Assembly (NCBI GenBank): GCA_033764015.1
Contig: JANRJK010000013.1
Coordinates: 32,001 to 96,000 of the forward strand
Direction of reading: 5' to 3'
Source: Candidatus Sumerlaeia bacterium
GTDB taxonomy: Bacteria > Sumerlaeota > Sumerlaeia > SLMS01 > JANRJK01
DNA length: 64,000 nucleotides
Notes under the pieces: generated by a model
Databases searched by the model: none
The model's input: the letters and a program-made list of their open reading frames with translations, nothing else
What the model was told of the DNA's origin: nothing
Translations under genes and position numbers: made by a program
Shown: positions 10,539 through 19,838 of the stretch, in pieces
Numbering within the stretch: the stretch's first letter is position 1
Layout of the letters: every line of letters begins with the position of its first letter

Positions 10539-11219
10539 GTGCCGCTCTTCCGCGACCGCCGCCACGCCGGCGCCAAGCTGGCCGAAGCCCTCGCCGCCGA
10601 GGGAGTGGGTAGGGACGCCCTCCTGCTCGCCATCCCCCGGGGCGGGGTGGTGGTCGCGGCGGAAGCGGCCGCTCTCCTCCGCGCGGAACTCGATCTCTTC
10701 ACGGTCCGCAAGCTCGGCGTGCCGGGGCGCCCGGAACTCGCCATGGGCGCCGTCGCCACCGGCGGCCTAGTCGTCTGGAACGGCGCCATCATCGAGTCGC
10801 TCAACATCCGCGAGGCGCCGATGCTCGAAACGCTCGAGCGCGAGACCCGCGAACTCGCCCGCCGCGAGGCGCTCTACCGCGCCGGCTCCGCGCCGGTCCC
10901 CGCGGCGGGACGCGTGGCGGTGCTCGTCGACGACGGCATCGCGACCGGCGCGACGCTCCTCGCCGCGGCGCGGGCGCTGCGCACCGCCAAGCCCGCGCGG
11001 CTCCTCGTCGCGGCGCCTGTCGCCCCGCGCGAAGTGGTGGCGCGCTTCGACGGCGAAGCGGACGGCGTCGTGCTGGTACGCGCCCAAGTCCCCTTCTTCA
11101 GCGTCGCAGCGTGCTACGAGGACTTCCGCCAAGTGCAGGACGCGGAAGTGGCGGTATCGCTCCGCGCGTTCCACGCCGGCGCGGAGCCGACGGAGGAAGG
11201 CTGCGAGGACTTCCTTTAG
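10539..11219 (+). CDS. Phosphoribosyltransferase family protein
   Basis: FRDRRHAG, IPRGGV, RKLGVPG.PELAMGA, VDDGIATGAT. Confidence 0.9.
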   Translation: MPLFRDRRHAGAKLAEALAAEGVGRDALLLAIPRGGVVVAAEAAALLRAELDLFTVRKLGVPGRPELAMGAVATGGLVVWNGAIIESLNIREAPMLETLERETRELARREALYRAGSAPVPAAGRVAVLVDDGIATGATLLAAARALRTAKPARLLVAAPVAPREVVARFDGEADGVVLVRAQVPFFSVAACYEDFRQVQDAEVAVSLRAFHAGAEPTEEGCEDFL

Positions 11220-11857
11220 CGCCAGAGCCCCAGCCGTTCGCGCCGCGCCGCCGCCTCCGCCGCCCGGAACTCCGCGTCGTGGCTGCCGCTCCGCCCCCAC
11301 TTCGTCTCGTAGCGCGAGTAGCCGCGGCGCACCAGTTCGATGTTGAAGTTCTCGCCGTCCACCAACACGTAGGCGAGCAATCGCTGGTAGCGGTCCCGGG
11401 CGTCGCCCTCCGCATCCGCCAGCAGCCGCACCTGCCGCCCCTCCAGCCTCGAGCGGGTGTAGCGCGCCGCATCCCTCCCGAACTCAGTGTTCTTCGACGC
11501 ATCGGGGTGGACCGATTCCTCCGTGTCCACGCACAGCAGGCGCACACGCTCCTCGCGCCCGCCCGCCGTCACCAGGAGTGTGTCCCCGTCCACCACGCGC
11601 TCCACATAGGCGACCACATACTCGGTCGCGGTCGGCGTGAGCGCGACCGCCGCCGACCCGGTCCCGTCGGGCTGCGACTCGATACCGGGCCGGGGCGCGG
11701 TGTCTCCGCCGAGGTAATGGTACGCGCCGGCCGCCAGGAACAGCAGCAAGCTCCCCAGCAGCCCCAGCGCGCGCACCTTCCAGGATCCCCCGCCACGCCC
11801 GCCGCGGCGGCGGGCGGAGGGCTTGGCTCGGCTGGCGGCTTTGCGACGGGGGGGCAT
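11216..11857 (-). CDS. Thermonuclease (SNase) family, membrane-anchored
   Basis: VVDGDT, RVRLLCVDTEE, DRYQRLLAYV, ARRERLGLW; N-terminal TM. Confidence 0.9.
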   Translation of the reverse strand: MPPRRKAASRAKPSARRRGGRGGGSWKVRALGLLGSLLLFLAAGAYHYLGGDTAPRPGIESQPDGTGSAAVALTPTATEYVVAYVERVVDGDTLLVTAGGREERVRLLCVDTEESVHPDASKNTEFGRDAARYTRSRLEGRQVRLLADAEGDARDRYQRLLAYVLVDGENFNIELVRRGYSRYETKWGRSGSHDAEFRAAEAAARRERLGLWR

Positions 11858-12053
11858 CCGGATTCCTCGAGGCGATAGGCACCCCCCGCGTGGCTTGGCG
11901 GTCAACCCGGATGGAAAGAGTGGGCGCCTGCCCAGGCGCCGATGTTGCGGAGATGCGAAATCCATAATAACGTTATTGTCTTGCCCGGCCTGATCTCCAG
12001 CCTGACGCTAACCACCGTACAGTAGCGCCACTCGGGAATCCACCTTGGAAACA

Positions 12054-13358
12054 ATGAGCGAACCCCAAGAACTGCTGGGCAACGCCATGCGCAGCGAGCG
12101 CTCGGAACCAGCAGCGCCCCCCCCATGGTACGACCGGGTCAAACCCCTGCACGACCACTCGGAAATCCTCCGCTCGGTCGTGGGGTCGCTCTCTCCGGCG
12201 GTCCGGGAGGGCCTCAGCCTATGGCAGCGCGAGCACCTCGACATCCACTCCCTTTGGATGGACGCGCTCGAGCGCGCGAACCACATCCTGTTCGTGCTCG
12301 ACGTCCGCGACCATCGCTTCGTGTACATGAGCCCCAACCACGAGCGAATCAGCGGCATCCCGCATGAGACGTGGATGGCGATGAGCTTCGAACAAAACAT
12401 CGCGAACATACACTCTGGCGACCGCGAGCGGGTCGCCGCGAGCCTCACCTCCATGCACAAGAGGGCGGTCCCCCACGACGTCCAGTCGGAGGTATACGAG
12501 TATCGCCGCGTGCGGCCCGACGGAAGCGTCTACTGGCTGCGCGAATGGGGAAGTTGCTACTACGGCCCCGCCGCCGAACCGCTGGTGGCCGCCGGGACCG
12601 CCTGCGACATCACCACGGAGAAGCATCGCGAGCGCGAACTCCGCGACGCGCTCGCCCTCAAGAACAAGTGCGTCGGCATCCTCGTCCACGACCTCCGGAA
12701 CCCGCTGACCGTCATCAAGGGCTACACCGCCCTCCTGCGCGACGACATGAAGATCAGCTTCGAGCCGCACCACCTCGACATGCTCGCCCGCATCGAACGC
12801 GCCTGCGACAAGCTCCAGTCGATCGTCGGCGACACGCTCGACTTCAACGCCATCGAAGCCGGCGCGCTCGCGCTCGAACGCGTGCGGATGCCCGTGGCGG
12901 AGTTCCTCCTCCGCTTCCGCGACCTCCACGCGATCCTCGGGGAGCGCAAGCGCATCCGGATCGACGCCGAATGCTCCGGGGAGGCGGGCGTCGGCCTCTT
13001 CGACCCGGACCATATCGAGCATGTCCTCGAGAACCTCCTCACGAACGCCATCAAGTACTCGAACCCCGGCTCGCGCGTCGTCATGCGCGCCCTCCCCGCC
13101 TCCGCCGGCATGGTCTGGATGGAGGTGGAGGACGAGGGACTCGGCATCCCGCAGGAGGAGCGCGACCGTCTCTTCACCGAATTCGGCCGCTGCTCCGTGA
13201 AGCCCACGGACGGCGAGCAGAGCACCGGCCTCGGCCTCGCCATCTGCCGGAAGGTCGTAGCCGCCCATGGCGGAACCATCGGTTGCGAGAGCGAGGTCGG
13301 GCGCGGCTCGGTCTTCCGCTTTTCGCTGCCCGCGGCGGTGCTGGAGCGCAGCGCATGA
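12054..13358 (+). CDS. PAS-domain sensor histidine kinase (cytoplasmic)
   Basis: PAS (YMSP...IHSGD...RPDGSVYWL), HDLRNPL H-box, NLLTNAIKYS, DEGLGI, GLGLAI. Confidence 0.92.
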   Translation: MSEPQELLGNAMRSERSEPAAPPPWYDRVKPLHDHSEILRSVVGSLSPAVREGLSLWQREHLDIHSLWMDALERANHILFVLDVRDHRFVYMSPNHERISGIPHETWMAMSFEQNIANIHSGDRERVAASLTSMHKRAVPHDVQSEVYEYRRVRPDGSVYWLREWGSCYYGPAAEPLVAAGTACDITTEKHRERELRDALALKNKCVGILVHDLRNPLTVIKGYTALLRDDMKISFEPHHLDMLARIERACDKLQSIVGDTLDFNAIEAGALALERVRMPVAEFLLRFRDLHAILGERKRIRIDAECSGEAGVGLFDPDHIEHVLENLLTNAIKYSNPGSRVVMRALPASAGMVWMEVEDEGLGIPQEERDRLFTEFGRCSVKPTDGEQSTGLGLAICRKVVAAHGGTIGCESEVGRGSVFRFSLPAAVLERSA

Positions 13359-13960
13359 AGACCATGTCGGCATTCACCCTCATCGAGTTGCTGATCGTCG
13401 TCGCGATCATCGCCGTGCTCGCCGCCATCGCGGTGCCCAACTTCCTCGAGGCGCAGACCCGCGCGAAGATTTCCCGCGTTAAGGGCGACTTCGCGACGAT
13501 CGCCACCGCCATGGAGTCGTACTGCGTCGATAGCGGCCACTATCCAACGAACGGACGGTCGGTCGTCGCGCTCAGCACCCCGTTGGCGTATGTGACCACG
13601 ACGCCGCTATGGGATCCGTTCGCTCCGACCACGGATCCCGATGTGAACGCCAGCGGCTACGGCTACATGAACTTCTGGGAGCCCGGCGCTTCCGAGTTCT
13701 TCGTGTTTCCCGTGCTCCCCGGCGCCGCGGGCCTCGCGGTCAAGGACTGCGCCTGGCTCCTCGTCAGCCGCGGCCCCGATGGATTCCTCGAGTCGCAGGA
13801 CAAGGCGACGCGGGCGTTCACCCCGGAGACGATCCGCGCCGCGGTGCTCGAGATGGCGACCGGCGACTATGTGTACGATCCCACCAACGGAACCGCCAGC
13901 GAAGGCGATGTGCCGCGCACTCGCAAAGGGGAGCTGACCCGCGCACTGGCCCCGATGTAG
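13355..13960 (+). CDS. Prepilin-type N-terminal cleavage/methylation protein (GspG-like)
   Basis: ATGA overlap; AFTLIELLIVVAIIAVLAAIAVPNF; SRGPDG; YDPTNGT.S.GD. Confidence 0.88.
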   Translation: MKTMSAFTLIELLIVVAIIAVLAAIAVPNFLEAQTRAKISRVKGDFATIATAMESYCVDSGHYPTNGRSVVALSTPLAYVTTTPLWDPFAPTTDPDVNASGYGYMNFWEPGASEFFVFPVLPGAAGLAVKDCAWLLVSRGPDGFLESQDKATRAFTPETIRAAVLEMATGDYVYDPTNGTASEGDVPRTRKGELTRALAPM

Positions 13961-13969
13961 TCATCCCGC

Positions 13970-15118
13970 GTGACACGCTGGGTCCTTCTGGAGACCGCCC
14001 CGCCGGGGCACCGCATGCGCCTGCCGGGGCACCACCTGGCGGAGTGGCTCGCCGCGCGCGGGCGCAAGGTCGCCTACGTATCCGTCCCCGTCAGCCCTTG
14101 GCACTTCCTCTCCCGCGCCGCGCGTCCACTCGCGCGGCGCCGTTGGTCGCAGGAGGGTTCCCGCGGACGCTGGCACGGCCCCAACCTGTTCGCCTACATC
14201 CCGCGCACCCTGCTGCCGGTCGCGCGCGGGCCGCTCTTCGACAACGAGGCCGCATGGCGCCTCTCCCACCGGCTGACACTGCCGGACGCCGCGGGCGTCC
14301 TCGCGGCGGAGGGCTTCTCCAATCCCGACGTGGTATGCCTCCAGAGCCCGCTGCTCGCGCCGCTCGCCGCCGCCCTCGGCGCGCGGCGCCTCGTGGTCCG
14401 CATCGAGGACGCGCTCGACCACTTCGACGGCATGCCCCGCGTGGCGCTCCGCCACTTTCCCGAGGCCCTCGAACGCGCGGACCTCGTGACCGTGACCGCC
14501 CGCTCGCTCGAATCCTGGGCCACCGGGCGCGGCGCCCGGTCGGTCCGCAACTTCCCGAACGGCGTCGCCTTCGCCCGGTTCCGGCGGCCCGCGTCGCTGC
14601 CGCCGCGCCCCGCCGACCTGCCGCCCGGCCCTGTCGCCGTCTATGTCGGCGCGCTCGATTCGTGGTTCGACGACGGCCTCTTGGCAGCGTCGCTCGATGC
14701 CTCGCCGAGCTGGCGTGCAGTGTTGATCGGGCCTCCGGGCGCGCGGCTCTCCCGGCTCCGGGAGCACCCGCGGGTCCACTTCCTGGGGCCGAAGCCGCAG
14801 GAACAGGTTCCCCCCTACCTCTGGCACGCCGACGCCGGCGTGATCCCCTTCCGGCGCACGCCGCTCATCGAGTCCGTCTCGCCGCTCAAGCTCTTCGAGT
14901 ACCTCGCCGCCGGGCTCCCGGTGATCGCCACCCGCTGGCGCGAGCTCGAGGCGTTGCAGGCGCCCGCGACGCTCGCCGACGGGCCCGCCGGGTGGGCTAA
15001 GGCGCTCGCCGACGCCGAAACCCCCGGCGCCGCGGCGCGCGCAGCCGGGATCGAGTGGGCCCGAGTCTACGATTGGGAACAACTCATCGCGGACTTCGCC
15101 GCGGCAGCGGAGGATTAA
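13970..15118 (+). CDS. GT-B (GT4-like) glycosyltransferase
   Basis: FPNGV, YVGALDSWFD, SPLKLFEYLAAGLPVIAT. Confidence 0.88.
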   Translation: MTRWVLLETAPPGHRMRLPGHHLAEWLAARGRKVAYVSVPVSPWHFLSRAARPLARRRWSQEGSRGRWHGPNLFAYIPRTLLPVARGPLFDNEAAWRLSHRLTLPDAAGVLAAEGFSNPDVVCLQSPLLAPLAAALGARRLVVRIEDALDHFDGMPRVALRHFPEALERADLVTVTARSLESWATGRGARSVRNFPNGVAFARFRRPASLPPRPADLPPGPVAVYVGALDSWFDDGLLAASLDASPSWRAVLIGPPGARLSRLREHPRVHFLGPKPQEQVPPYLWHADAGVIPFRRTPLIESVSPLKLFEYLAAGLPVIATRWRELEALQAPATLADGPAGWAKALADAETPGAAARAAGIEWARVYDWEQLIADFAAAAED

Positions 15119-15819
15119 CCCCGGGGGGCGGGCATCGCGGCGTCGATGTCCTCGCGGCGGCGGTGGATCTCCGCAAGGCGGAGGTCCAAGGACTCGCGGG
15201 CGTTCCCCGCCCGCATCGCATCGACGAACTTGAAATGCTCGTCCACCAGCAGGGCGCGCCGCGCCGCGGACAGGCAAAGACCTGCGAGAGCCTCCACCCG
15301 CCGCCAATGCTCCACCACCCGCGTGTGGAGCAGCCGCGAGAGCGAGAACTCCATGCCGCCATCGGGATCGCAAAGAACGCACGAAAACTCGTCCCGGACG
15401 AGCTGGAACCGATCCGCAGGAAGTTCGGGCTCCGCCAAGCGGTCAAGGAGCGGGGCCAGCCGCACGGCGATTTGCTCCCCGTCCTTGCGCTGCGCGAATG
15501 CCGACTCGAACAACTCGATCAGCAGGAGCACCTCAAGGGCGACCGCGCGGTTGAGCGGGGAAACGCTCACGCCGGAGTAGGAGCGGTAAAACACGAGGCC
15601 CTCCGCCGAGAGCTGGGTGAACGCCTCCCGGATTGGGATGTGGCTCACGCCCAACTCCGCCGAAATGGCGTCGATCGTGATTTTCTGGCCGGGTGCCAAT
15701 CGGCCATCAAGGATGCGCTCGCGGATTTCCCCGCAAGTTACCTCCTTCTTGCTGCGAAACTTGGCGAACTCTGCGCTCAAGCGGCTCTCCTCGCCCATCA
15801 GGTCCAATTCAGACTTCAT
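15115..15819 (-). CDS. GntR-family transcriptional regulator
   Basis: ILDGRLAPGQKI...ELGVSHIPIREA HTH; divergent C-terminal domain. Confidence 0.8.
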   Translation of the reverse strand: MKSELDLMGEESRLSAEFAKFRSKKEVTCGEIRERILDGRLAPGQKITIDAISAELGVSHIPIREAFTQLSAEGLVFYRSYSGVSVSPLNRAVALEVLLLIELFESAFAQRKDGEQIAVRLAPLLDRLAEPELPADRFQLVRDEFSCVLCDPDGGMEFSLSRLLHTRVVEHWRRVEALAGLCLSAARRALLVDEHFKFVDAMRAGNARESLDLRLAEIHRRREDIDAAMPAPRG

Positions 15820-16042
15820 TAATCTCAATCCCCCGGCGGTTCTGCTAGGGGAACAGCATCTCCTGTTACCAATCGGGATAAATCCCTATTACCAATGATT
15901 AGCCATGGCAACGGACTTCCTTTCTCACGGCGGAACTATATAATCTAGCCAAGCGGTGCCCATACTCGCAAGTACCTCCACTTGCCATCACCCGCCCAAC
16001 GGCTACTAATGCCTCGGCAGTCCAACGGAGACCATACGCAGC

Positions 16043-16534
16043 GTGAGCAAAACACGGACATCGAGAAAACGCAAGGCTGTGCTTTCCGCGGACGTCCGTA
16101 TCCCAACCCGGGCGGGCTCGCCCCGGGCCCTCGCCGCGCTCGTGCTGGTCCTCGCCCTCGCTGCCGGTGCCTGCCGCCGCGGTCCCAAGGGCACCCCCGT
16201 GGAGGACTCCCTCGACCAGTTCCTGTGGAAGAACCGCCTAGTGGTTCTCTTCGCGGAGGACACCAAGGACCCCGAGTACCTCCGCCAACTGACGCTGCTC
16301 AACCTCGAGCGCGACGGCCTAGAGGAGCGCCAGACCCTCATTGTCCCCGTCCAAGGTTCCGGCGCCGGGCTGCGCGGGCGCTTCGGGCTCGAACCGGGCG
16401 GATTCCAGCTCGCGCTCGTCGGGAAGGACGGCGGCGTCAAACTGCGCGCCTCCGACCCCGTGGACCCGTCGGTGGTCTTCGATCTGATCGATTCGATGCC
16501 GATGCGGCAGGCGGAGCTGCGCGGTGGCGACTAG
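16043..16534 (+). CDS. DUF4174-like protein, possible lipoprotein
   Basis: WKNRLVVLFA, LVGKDGGVKLR, IDSMPMRQAE; AGA-C after a hydrophobic stretch. Confidence 0.8.
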   Translation: MSKTRTSRKRKAVLSADVRIPTRAGSPRALAALVLVLALAAGACRRGPKGTPVEDSLDQFLWKNRLVVLFAEDTKDPEYLRQLTLLNLERDGLEERQTLIVPVQGSGAGLRGRFGLEPGGFQLALVGKDGGVKLRASDPVDPSVVFDLIDSMPMRQAELRGGD

Positions 16535-17406
16535 GCAGGAACGACCGTCACCGCGACGGAGAGTTGTTGGCGCCCGCCGCCCTGGATCACGCCGCGCAGC
16601 GGACTGACGTCCCCGTAGTCCCGCCCCCACGCCAGCGTCAGGTGCCGGTCGCGCACCAGCGCGTCGTTCGTCGGGTCCAGGTCCACCCACCCGGTCCCCG
16701 GCACCATCAGCGCAAGCCACGCATGGGATGCGTCCGCCCCCACGAGCCGACGCGCTCCGGGCTCCGGGTCGGTCGCCAGGTACCCGCTGACGTAGCGGGC
16801 GGCGAGGCCCACGGAACGCAGGCAGGAGATCATCAGGTGCGCGAAGTCCTGGCACACGCCGCGCCGGCTCCGCAGCACCTCCTCCACCGGCGTCGACACA
16901 TCCGTCGCCAGCGGCGAGTACGAGAATCCGCGGTGGATCGCCTCGTTGAGGGCGAGCGCGGCCTCGAGCACGGGGCGCCCCGGCGTGAAGCACGGAGCGG
17001 CCAGCGCCGCCGCGTCGGCCAGCAGCGGCACGTGCGGCGAGGCGTGCGCGAACTCGACCGCCTCCACACCTTCCGGCGAAAGGTCTGAGCGCAGCAGCTC
17101 GCGCGCGAACTCCCACGAGGGCGTGTCCGACGGGTCGCCCAGCGACGGCGCCATGACCGCGAGCTCCGCGTCGAGCACCGCCTCCAAGTCGTGGTGCGGC
17201 TCCTGGATCGACAGCACGGAAACCGTGTTCCCGTAGAAGTCGCGGCGGCTCCGCTGGAAGGACGGGTGCGGACGCACCAGCAGTTCCGCCCGCTCCACGC
17301 GCTGCCGCGCCGTCGCCCGGGGGACCAGGTGCAGCTTGTGGTAGGACTGCGACACCGCCTCCGCGTAGCGGTACCGCGTCGCGTGCGAGACCCGGTAGCG
17401 CGTCAC
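16531..17406 (-). CDS. Transglutaminase-like protein with Bact_transglu_N domain
   Basis: YRVSHATRYRY, DFYGN, GVCQDFAH, ARYVSGY, ASHAW, DLDPTN, GRDYGDV (Cys-His-Asp triad intact). Confidence 0.93.
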   Translation of the reverse strand: MTRYRVSHATRYRYAEAVSQSYHKLHLVPRATARQRVERAELLVRPHPSFQRSRRDFYGNTVSVLSIQEPHHDLEAVLDAELAVMAPSLGDPSDTPSWEFARELLRSDLSPEGVEAVEFAHASPHVPLLADAAALAAPCFTPGRPVLEAALALNEAIHRGFSYSPLATDVSTPVEEVLRSRRGVCQDFAHLMISCLRSVGLAARYVSGYLATDPEPGARRLVGADASHAWLALMVPGTGWVDLDPTNDALVRDRHLTLAWGRDYGDVSPLRGVIQGGGRQQLSVAVTVVPA

Positions 17407-19724
17407 GTCGGCAGGTCCTCGCGGCGGATCGCCGCCTGCATCCCGTCGGCGTGGTGGCGGAAGTAGCGCCGCTCGACCTCGTAGGCGAGCTGCCCCGCCG
17501 TGCGCGAAACCTCGTCCAGCACCTGCCCGAGGCCGACACGGTGCCCGTAGCCGTTGACCGCGCACAGCTCCTGGACGCTGGCGGTCTCGACGGTGGTGAC
17601 GAGCCGCGTGGCGAGGCGGAGCTCCGCGCGCGGCTGCGGCGCCTCCGCGGTGGTGGGGGAGAGCGCCTGGAGGTGCTCGCGCAGCCGCAGCAGCTGATAG
17701 GCGGTCGAGCGCGGATTCGTATCGTCGTGGAGCAGCAGGTCCACCACCCCGGCGGGTTCGAGACGCGGACCGTAGCGCAACCGGTGCGTGAGGATGCTGT
17801 CGGCGAACTCGAGGAGCGCGGCGAGGAGGGCGGCCTCGCGCTCCCCGGGCGCATCGAGCACGGAGCGCATCGTCGCCACGGAGCGCAGCGCGCGCTCGAT
17901 GCGGATGCCCATGTCGAGGAAGCGCCAGGACGGGCCGCGCGTCATGCCCTCCGCGACGTAGCCGTGGAGGCCGGCGCAGAGCTGCACCAGGTTGTCGAAG
18001 ACCTCGATCGCGTCGGCCGTCGAGGCGGGGGGGCGCGCGGCGAACGCGGGCCGCGCGGCGGCGATCAACTCCAGCGTCCGGAACGCGTCCGCGCCCAGCC
18101 GGTCGCGCAGGCGCCGCGCGATGCGGCCCAGCCCGTCCAGCGACGCGTGCAGCGGATGCCCTTCCGAGGGGGCGAAGGACTCCCGCAGCAGCAGGTCCTC
18201 CAGCTCGCCCTCGTCCATGCGCTGCAGCGACGGCCGCACCGCGAGCCCCGCGTTGCGCAGGAGCTGCAGCAGCGCCGCCATCTCCGGCAGATCCGAGGTC
18301 GCTTCCTCCGAGGCGAGCCTGCGGAACCCGTTCCGCAGCAGCCGTGAAAAGCCGTCGAGCCTTTCGACATATCGTCCGAGCCAGAAGAAGTCGTCGGCGA
18401 TGCGGCTTGGCAGATCGAGGCCGCTCCGCCGCAGCGCCACCGGCGGACCTCCCGGCGAGAGCAGCGTCCGCGGCGGCTCCGGACGGTCCGAAAGCACCCA
18501 GACGTCCTTCAGCGCGAGCCGGATGCCCTGCGCGCCGTGGATGAATCCCAGCGCGCCCGGCAGCACGTCGTAGCCGCCCCCCGCCGCGTGCGCGAAAAGC
18601 CGCAGCGCCACCGGGCGGCCGATCACCGCGCCGCCCTCCCAGGACGGGGTGAGCGACATCGGCGCCCCCGCGTCCGGCGCGAGCAGGCACTGCTCGCCGA
18701 GCACCTCGAGGCAGAGTTCCGGCAGCAGCGCGTCGATCCGCGGATCCTCCAGCGCGCCCGCGCCGAGCGCGTTCGCGAGCAGGATGGTGCCCTCGTGCGC
18801 CGCCTGCACCAGGCCGGGCACGCCGTGCTCGCTCGCGTAGTCCAGCTCGAGCGGATCGCAGTCGATGTCCGGGACCTGCCGGATCAGCGCGTCCACCGGG
18901 AGCAGCCCCGCCAGCGTCTTGACGAAGAGCGCGCCGTCGCGCACCGCGAGATCGGAGCCTTCCAGGAGCGCCACGCCGAGGTGCGCCGCGAGGTTCGCCA
19001 GCTCGTGCGCGTCCTCCGCGTCGGGCCCGCGCGAGAGGATCGCGACGCGCGGATGCTCGCGGGGCTTCGGAAGCGCCGCGTGCAGTTCCGTCGTGATCCG
19101 CGAGAAGAACGGAAGCAGCCGGCGGACGTGGCATTCGTGGAGCGTCTCCGGGAGTTGGCGCAGGAGCGCCAAGCGGCACTCCATCGTGCGGCCCAGCCCC
19201 GAGACGACATCCGACAGACACCGCCGCAGGCGCCAGGTCCCGTCCGGCGCGCGGGAAACCTCGAAGGCCTGGAAGCGCAGGAAGACGCCGCCGGTCGCCG
19301 CGGTCCCGTGGCACGGGCGGAGGAAGCGCGGGTTGCCGTAGACCGCGCCCGGGGGGATCAGCCCCGCCCGCAGCAGGCGCTGCGGTCCGTAGAGGTCGCG
19401 CATCAACGCCTCGCGCAGCCGGGCGAGCTGGCGCGCGCCCGCCTCGAGCACCGCCCAGTCCGCCTCCCCGAGCACCAGCGGGTACGGGTCCAGCTCCGGC
19501 AGCCGGTCCGCGTGCTCGACACCGCTCTGGCGTTCGTGCCGGCGGGCGTTCCGGAAAACCGAGCGCGCCTCGTCGAAGCGCTGCCCCAGCTCCGCCGCCC
19601 CGAGCGCCTCGAGCGCGCCGAGCACGCGCGCCCACTGCCCGCGGGCGGCGGGACCGCCGTGGAGCAGCTCGTCGAAGGGTGCCTCCGCCGTCTGGCCCGG
19701 CCTGCTGCTTGTGGTGACCGCCAT
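17403..19724 (-). CDS. Circularly permuted type 2 ATP-grasp + alpha-E fusion (degenerate ATP-grasp)
   Basis: DLYGPQRLL, DPLEL...GVPGL, ANALG, KDVWV, then alpha-E motifs LPSRIADDFFWLGRYVER and MTRGPSWRFLDMGIRIER. Confidence 0.88.
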   Translation of the reverse strand: MAVTTSSRPGQTAEAPFDELLHGGPAARGQWARVLGALEALGAAELGQRFDEARSVFRNARRHERQSGVEHADRLPELDPYPLVLGEADWAVLEAGARQLARLREALMRDLYGPQRLLRAGLIPPGAVYGNPRFLRPCHGTAATGGVFLRFQAFEVSRAPDGTWRLRRCLSDVVSGLGRTMECRLALLRQLPETLHECHVRRLLPFFSRITTELHAALPKPREHPRVAILSRGPDAEDAHELANLAAHLGVALLEGSDLAVRDGALFVKTLAGLLPVDALIRQVPDIDCDPLELDYASEHGVPGLVQAAHEGTILLANALGAGALEDPRIDALLPELCLEVLGEQCLLAPDAGAPMSLTPSWEGGAVIGRPVALRLFAHAAGGGYDVLPGALGFIHGAQGIRLALKDVWVLSDRPEPPRTLLSPGGPPVALRRSGLDLPSRIADDFFWLGRYVERLDGFSRLLRNGFRRLASEEATSDLPEMAALLQLLRNAGLAVRPSLQRMDEGELEDLLLRESFAPSEGHPLHASLDGLGRIARRLRDRLGADAFRTLELIAAARPAFAARPPASTADAIEVFDNLVQLCAGLHGYVAEGMTRGPSWRFLDMGIRIERALRSVATMRSVLDAPGEREAALLAALLEFADSILTHRLRYGPRLEPAGVVDLLLHDDTNPRSTAYQLLRLREHLQALSPTTAEAPQPRAELRLATRLVTTVETASVQELCAVNGYGHRVGLGQVLDEVSRTAGQLAYEVERRYFRHHADGMQAAIRREDLPT

Positions 19725-19838
19725 CTGCTTCGCCCGGGTAAATCGGTTCGCGCGGCACGCCATGGCGCCGCATCGGCTTGCGGACCGGCCCGCGCGCCGC
19801 AAGGCTCGCCGGACCATGGGAAAGCACCTCCGCCGCCG

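Noticed and set aside
9689..11857. MazG plus nuclease as an anti-phage defence module
   Set aside because: MazG is the ordinary two-domain housekeeping type; the SNase is convergent and membrane-anchored; no defence-island context.
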